Shown here one piece after another: positions 57,326 through 64,000 of a stretch of 64,000 nt of DNA. Source of the DNA: Zygnema circumcarinatum SAG 698-1b (Eukaryota > Plantae > Zygnematophyceae); the NCBI GenBank assembly GCA_037447605.1, contig CM074804.1:1116001-1180000 (forward strand), given 5' to 3'. Position 1 is the stretch's first letter, and every line of letters starts with the position of its first letter. The notes below the pieces were generated by a model. The model was given only the letters and a program-made list of their open reading frames with translations, ran no database searches and was not told the DNA's origin. Position numbers and translations under genes: made by a program.

Positions 57326-58052
57326 CGAAGCAGGCGCAGCAATCTCTAGAGGGGAGGCGCTCCCTGTCCTCTACCGCGACAAGGGCCCCATGGGTCTGTT
57401 TGTCGTATTTCAGTGACTGGTGACGCGGCAGGCTGTGTGGGCTTTCCTGCTCCAGTGGGAACGGCTACAACTGGACACCTGCACAGCCGGCCCAAGCAGC
57501 AGTTGCCGAGTTAGGAACGCGCGCTGCTGCGACATTGACGTCAACTCGAAACGCTTTGTAAGTGTGTGTGCGGATGTGTGTGAAAGAGAGAGAGAGAGTG
57601 AGAGAGAGAGAGAGAGAGAGTGTGAGAATGCCAGTAGTGGCTCACCTGAAAATGGAGATGAGCTTAATAATCGCCAATGTAGCTGCCAGACGAGCCACCG
57701 CAGACCATGATAAAGAGACACTTGCCAGAGTCCCCTTTTGTTCCAGGGAAATGCCATGGGAAATACGTAATTCCATCCTGAATTCTTTAGTGGAGACTCA
57801 TCTTCAAACTCGATGAACCCTAAGATCCCTCAAGTCGTTCAATGGTATCTTCCAAAGGATGAAATTGGTCCTTTTGTTTTCGCCTGTAGAAGTTGTTCTC
57901 CTCAATGTCTGCCTTTTGGTATCTCCTCGTCCAAAAAAAGAGGTTTCCCTCCCTTTGGGGGACTCATCTGGCCCAAGGGCTTCAGGTTTGAGGCATTTCC
58001 TTTTCAGGTTAGTCGCTTAGGTCTCTCTAGTCTTCAGGGTTTTTTAGGCTCA

Positions 58053-61000
58053 TCAGGAGAGCATCCCCTCATTACTTGTGTTGTTTGTTGAGCTCCCTGG
58101 TTGGTGCAAGTAAAGCCGTACTTCTCGTTCCTCTGAAAAGGGCACATGTTTAGGAACGAGAATTTCCACCCCTGCCCCTGCCTCCATGAGAAATGCCCTA
58201 ACGTCTGCGTCATCCGGGATGCGTTCAGGAAGTTCGATTTCTCGAATGAATTCGCCGGGTGAAGGTTGCTCTGGGTGAGGGTCTGCAAGCTTAAAAGTGC
58301 GATCCCACCGAGTGATGAATGGGAGGCGAATGGTGCTCGTGCAGTGGACCTGCAAGAATCCAAATCGGTTGCGAGGAAAGGTAGCCTTTTCAGTCAAATT
58401 GAGGATGCTGAGCAGAGAGAGGTGATAAAGGAGGAGAGGGTAAAGGGAGAGGGGGGAGGAGAAAGGAGGCAAAGGAGGCGAAAGGGGGAGAAGGAGAACC
58501 CAGAAAGGAGAGAAGGGAGAGAAGCGAGAAGCAGCTTCCTTATGTTGAATAGTCTTTGACGTTATTATTACCTTAACAATGCCGTGTGAGTCCGCATTGC
58601 GCCATGTGACCCGCAGCTGCTGCAGGTCCACAAAGGGCAGACTCACTTCTATGAGGTACGCCTTGTCGTCTTCGTAAATGGTTTTTGCCGCAGTCACCGG
58701 TCCGGAGGCCTGACCCCAACTCTCCCATACACCCGTCAGAAGCACACCACAACTTCCCTCCGTTGTGCCCTAAACAAACTCTCAAGTACTGTACCATGAC
58801 ACATTACCACTCGCCCTTGCCGTAGCTCTGCTGTTCGCAGTTTTCTGCTTCCATCAAGTCAATCGAGTACACTCACATACCAACACTGCAGCAGACCCCA
58901 ATCAAAATTTTCACATCACATCACGTCACGTCACGTCATGCAATCCTCGGTAAGTTTCAAGCCGTTTCTGGCAAAATACCTGCGAGACCAAACCTGAAAA
59001 GCCCGCTACCCATTTCGGATGCTCGATAATGGCTTGCTCTTTGGGGGGCTGCTGCTGATTTGGCGAACTTTCTAGAAGCCGATCGTCGCCGTACTCCTGC
59101 CCCAACCCTAACGTATCCCCTCCAAACTCTTGACCTAAACCCAACGTGCCGTTAAACCCTACAACTCCAATTGATGCTTCTCCTGCATCTGCTCCATTCC
59201 CTTTCTTGGAGGGTTGTGGGGCACCTCCAAACACTACGCCTCCTGCCCCTCCGCCTACTCCTTTAGCAAGACTCAAAGTTGGGAGTTTTCCATTCTTTGC
59301 ACCGGAGCCGATCCCTCGTCGTTTCTTCCGTAGTCGATAAGTTAGGCTTTTGGATGAAAGGTCTGTCAAATAATCATCGCAATCGCCATCATTCCCAGCA
59401 GCCGTGCGCCATTCATTATACTGTTCTGCATCCTCCGGCAATGAGAACTGGAAGTCTCTCCCTGCAGAGGTAGCCTTTCGACATCAGCACAAAATCGAAA
59501 AGACCTGCAGTTTTCTACATCCCAGTTTTCCCATCTCCTTCACTTCACTTGCAACTTCGCACTCTCGCATGCTCCCGAGCTTAAGATCGGTACCTCAACC
59601 CTCAGTAAGCAGCAAAGGAAGCGAACAAAGCCCAAAAGTCAACACACGACAGCATTACAGCTTATCTGCAGGCTCTAGAAATGAAGAAATTACAGAAAAA
59701 AAAATCACAAATTTTGGGTTTTTTCTCCTAACCAGTGAGGTCCATCCAGCGCTGCCTGTCTGCCTGAGAAACGCCGGCCATGTTGGGAGTGCGTGCAATC
59801 TCCACTCCGTGCACACACTGGGGGTTGGCCAAACCCTTGTATTGCTTCCTCTGCATGCGATGGGACCTAGGGAAACCCCTCTCTGCACTGAATGGAAACT
59901 CAGGCTCGCCTGCCCTGTCCAAATAGGAGACCCCAAAAGGAGAGGTTTTTGAGTTCAGGGTGTCTCGCCCTCCTCCCATTCTTCCTCTCTCTCTCCCCCA
60001 CTCTCTCTCTCTCTCTCTCTCTTTCTCTCATCCCCGCCTTCTGCTTTTTTTATTCTTTTCTCTTTCACAAGTTGACTGGAGATGCTATTGCCTGTCCAGG
60101 AAAATACAATCCACTGCAGATTTATAATCTGTTATCACAGTTGTAGCTTAGTCTGTCCTACCTGGTATGCCCATTCATGAAGGAGCGAAGTTGCATTTTT
60201 CCGAGAGCATTGTGCGGCCTCAGTCTCAAGGCCCACATATAGCAGTTCTCCATATCATGCTGCACCAGAAAGGCATCAAGCCGCAGGTCCGCAGCCTCCA
60301 CAGGGCCTAAAAGCTGTCCATCTCGACCAAGCTTGCTCTGCATCATCATTCCCCTTGAAATCGTATGACTCTCTCTTCGCGTCTCTCTTCCTCTCCCCTT
60401 CTCTTATTCCTGTCGTCTCTCCAATCTCCTCCCTTGGAATCTCACTTCTCCTTCCTTCCCGTTGAAGGCCTAAGGGAGAGAAATGAACAACAACAGTCTG
60501 TCTACAGCAAAAAACTAAAGCGAGGAATTTAAAAAAGTAAAAAACTATAAACGCCAAGAAACTAGAATAGACCACTTAATACATTACTCAAAGGGCGATA
60601 TTCGAGACTGACCTGGGCCTTCTCATTCAGACATGGGCGAAAGTAGAAGGAAAAGAAAAACCAGGCTCCCCAAACTGAGTCTTCTCGGCGCTTCACCTTT
60701 CCTCCTCTGCTGCAGCATCAGCATCCTTCCCCAAACTTTAGCGCAAAACATTATTCTCTCTTCATCTCTCCTTCATCCTTACGATGAAACACATCAAGCG
60801 TCCACTAAGCACACTAAGTGATGTAGCTGGGATCAGAAGACATTCTGACTGCTCTGTTCAGTAAAAACCAACCCTCTTAGTCTACCAAATCTGCGCTCGT
60901 CTCTTCGGTGAGATGCATGACATGAGATTCTCCCTCCCAATGTCTTGGTTAATCAATTAAGCATCGTGCCGCCTCTCCTCCCCAAAGTGGAAAAGCAGCT

Positions 61001-61203
61001 CCTTACCCAGTAGTTATGGATTTATGGGGCTGTACTGGCTGGCTTAAGCTCACATCCAGGCTCTGTGGAGCGAGAGAGGGCCATCCAGCAGCACCTCCTC
61101 CGGGAGTGTGGACTTCCATGGAGAGAGGAAGAAGATTAATGTCCGGAGGGTCATGGCCATGGCGGAAAGGATCCTGCTCCTCCTGCTGCTGCAGGGAGCT
61201 CAA
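58053..61203 (-). CDS. SLT1: SLT1-like HSP20-fold protein (sodium/lithium tolerance family); start codon not located
   Basis: Exons encode PPDINLLPLS, REDSVWGAWFFFSFYFRPCLNEK, DLRLDAFLVQHDMENCYMW..NALGKMQLRSFMNGHTR, FPFSAERGFPRSHRMQRKQYKGLANPQCVHG, GPVTAAKTIYED..VSLPFVDL and DRTFKLADPHPEQPSPGEFIREIELPERIP. These match recalled Arabidopsis SLT1 blocks in order. Confidence 0.9.
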
Positions 61204-63036
61204 ACCCTAAACACGCAACACATCAAAACATACCCGAGAACCCATCACGAGGTGCGTCAATACTGGTACAACAGCCTATGAGGTAGACATTGAGGCTCGG
61301 TTCCCAAATAATCTGACAGGCACGGAATGCACAATGTGAGCCCAAACGCTAGGCTTCAATTATAATAAGAAGTTACTGACCTCCAGTGCTATGACAAGTT
61401 GACTGATTAAAGCATCCTGATCAACTCCACCGTGCAATGCATAGACCATTAGCACGGCATAAGACACACACCGTTTGCGTCTGTAAAATTTGAGGCGAAA
61501 GAACTGATTTCAAGACGGACTGTTAATGATTGTCGGGTACTTCTTTCACATTGAGAATTATACAAAACAGAAGTGGAGGGAGAAAAGAGACCTGCAGAGT
61601 GTCAATAGTGAGTGATGTCGATGGATTCTCCGACGAAAGTGATGTCAGAAGAGACTCAGTCATCATGCCAGCGACTGGACTCCAGAGATCTGCGACAGAC
61701 CAACGGTATACAGATAGCGAAGAAACACATTATGAAAAAGGTCTCAAAGAATTGGTGTATTGATTAGGTTCAGAATCAAGGTAGATCAGATACAAGAACC
61801 TCCTTTGTAAAACATATCGAGTTTTTAGGGGAGGTGTTATGAAAGGAGCTAGGGTTGAGTCAGGTTTAGTATGGAAGATAGGGTGAGGAGCTGAAAACCA
61901 AGCTCAGAGTACGATCACACATTTGTTATCACATCTTTTTTCTTAAATATTTCGGTGGAGAGTTGACGATACAATTCATTTTCAATAATATGGTTAGAAT
62001 TTAGGGTAGAGTTAGGCACGGGATTTAAGGATAGAGTTCAGAATAAGGCTGGAAGCTACGATTGATCGTTACGGTTCGCCATTCGGAATAATATTAGATG
62101 AAGTACCACAACAGACTGAGGGGTAGGGTTAGGGTTAGAGATAGAAATAGGGTTGAAAACAAGGTTATGGCAAACAGCGGAAGAGGGACACACTCGACCA
62201 CGGGTCCAACATTCGGATGTGATGAGGAAGCGATGCGCGTGCGTTCAATCGCGAGCATGGGCATGGGCATGCTCGCTACGGGCCTGTAACTCCCTCAGTG
62301 ACCCCGCCATGGCCGCCAGGAACAGGAAGCTGCTGCCCACCTCCGCCATGGCCCCCGGATGAATGCGTTTCTATGTTCCAGATTCGGCCGCCGTTTCAAA
62401 TAATGTGATCCGCAACGGGTACATGCTTGTGTTGATGAAAGTTCCGTTCGTGACGTATTTACGATATATCGGTTCTTATTTCAACGAACGGTATTGTATC
62501 GGGATATGGGGCGGTACAGCGGCTATTCAGCCGATTTTTCACATTTTCGCAGTTTTGTGCCATCACCATTCAGCACCAGTCGTCCCATTGAAGGATTTCT
62601 CATGCTCACGCAGAAAAAGGAAAGGTGTAATCAGGAAATCAAGTATTTTTTTTTAGGAAAAGTTTAACATATTATTTCTTCTGCCTTTTTTCTGCAGCTT
62701 CTCGTTCACATAATCTTTTGTAGTTTGCAATATTGCTGAGGAGGCTACAGTACCACCTCTGCGGGGCATTCAGACCTCTTGACCTTCTGCAGAGAACTCT
62801 GAAGTTCACGTTACATTCAAATTTGAAATTTTCCAGCTTGCAGAGATTTCCATTTCCGTTGCTATAAAATTTGAGGAGTATAATCGTCGCGATATCTTCT
62901 GGTTTGACTGAATTTGTAGAGACTAAGACTCTGCAAGGTTACGATCAGACTTAGGAGTAGCAGATGTACAGGAGCTGCTAGGGTTGCCATTTCTGCTGGA
63001 ATTTAGGGTTTCTAGCTTCGATAACAATCAGCAAAA

Positions 63037-63393
63037 ATGAGTTCCGTGTCGTCGCCTATCGGCTTCTGGCGCCGCCTTGGTCAGCATCGCTCTTCTCTCG
63101 GAAATGCGGCCATGGCTGCTGCCTGCTGCCTGCTCGCCACTCGCATTATGAGCCAAGAGAGGGAGCTGAGAGCTGCCAGAGAGGCGCGAACTTTGCAGGA
63201 AGAGGAAAAGAAGATGTTGGAGGACCGTCTCCGGTGGCTGCAGGATGCTGTCAACGAGGAGCTAAAACACGGAGGAAAGGATGCGCTTGCAAGAATCGAT
63301 GCGCTCTTTGCGACTTCGCGGCCAGCGGAGGAGAGTGCATCCAAAGAAGGCGTCGCCGGAATCGTTCAAGGTTTGTTGAGGCAAAGATCTTGA
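63037..63393 (+). CDS. Small intronless hypothetical protein (short hydrophobic segment followed by coiled coil), 118 aa
   Basis: ATG-initiated ORF with non-repetitive composition: an Arg/Ser-rich N-terminus, AAMAAACCLLAT, then an E/R/L heptad stretch. Confidence 0.55.
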   Translation: MSSVSSPIGFWRRLGQHRSSLGNAAMAAACCLLATRIMSQERELRAAREARTLQEEEKKMLEDRLRWLQDAVNEELKHGGKDALARIDALFATSRPAEESASKEGVAGIVQGLLRQRS

Positions 63394-64000
63394 GGCAACT
63401 CTCTTCTTAAGGTCGGATCTTTCCGATTGCTCTCTTGTGGGTGGTTTTCCGCAGTGTGTGCTTGAGGCTAGTGATTGCTGTAGAGCTAACAGCGGATGTT
63501 TGCATGCCTGCAGAAGAGGAGAGGAGAGTTCCTAAAGATGGTTCGACGCCCAAGAGGAGGTTCCTCGTGTGAAGGCAAGTGAGCTTCCCATTTACCACAG
63601 TGGCACCTTTCTCGGTGTGCGTTCTGCATGTGTCTCAGCAGCACCAAAAATAAAACTACTAGTTCAGTTCACTAGTTCACTCACTCCCACTAGTTCAGTT
63701 CATGAAAGTATTCAAGGGGCAAGTCAGGGAAATATAGAACAGAACAGTACATTACAGAACAGTAATTCGTGTGGTCGCCTGTAGCCCTGTTGTCTAGGAA
63801 GTTATTTGCCACGTAGTGAGAAAGTACTGAGGCTAACTTTTTTCCGGGAATCGCTTAGCATTCATCCACAAGGCATCTACGCCTATAGATGGACTTTCTG
63901 GCTCAATGGATGCAAATGAAGTGAGAACTAGGACGTGGCCATCAGACATCCGCATCCAATATCTGGCATGGCGTACCCTGTTGCATGCACCTTTACGCCC

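Noticed and set aside
57198-57416. Poly-Glu ORF (MSATAPEEEE...)
   Set aside because: Driven by a (GAA)n repeat in the probable 3' region of SLT1 on the opposite strand; no other coding evidence.

Overview
Eukaryotic nuclear DNA, gene-dense and intron-rich, with introns full of GA/CT microsatellites and three 10-N gaps (5219-5228, 8281-8290, 35063-35072). Plant-type SLT1, mitochondrial CCMH, a trihelix-type Myb/SANT gene and plastid-type RibF, together with two LCIB/C genes, point to a streptophyte green alga, probably Zygnematophyceae (inference). I reconstructed these genes by eye from splice sites and protein motifs: a CURT1/CAAD-like protein with a long coiled-coil tail, plastid ribosomal protein S20, an intronless Myb/SANT (trihelix-like) protein, CCMH, an organellar alanyl-tRNA synthetase whose middle exons are missing, two identical convergent tRNA-Arg(ACG) genes, FAD synthetase, two LCIB/C-family beta-carbonic-anhydrase-like paralogs, an unknown coiled-coil protein, two adjacent PIF/Harbinger-like non-autonomous elements, a spliced membrane histidine kinase, SLT1 and a small unknown ORF. 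The most notable items are (1) the histidine kinase, which carries a bacterial PilJ/NarX-type sensor domain and has an anomalous H-box, (2) the LCIB pair, one apparently plastid-targeted and membrane-anchored and one apparently untargeted, and (3) the large CURT1-coiled-coil fusion. All family assignments come from recalled motifs; no searches were run.
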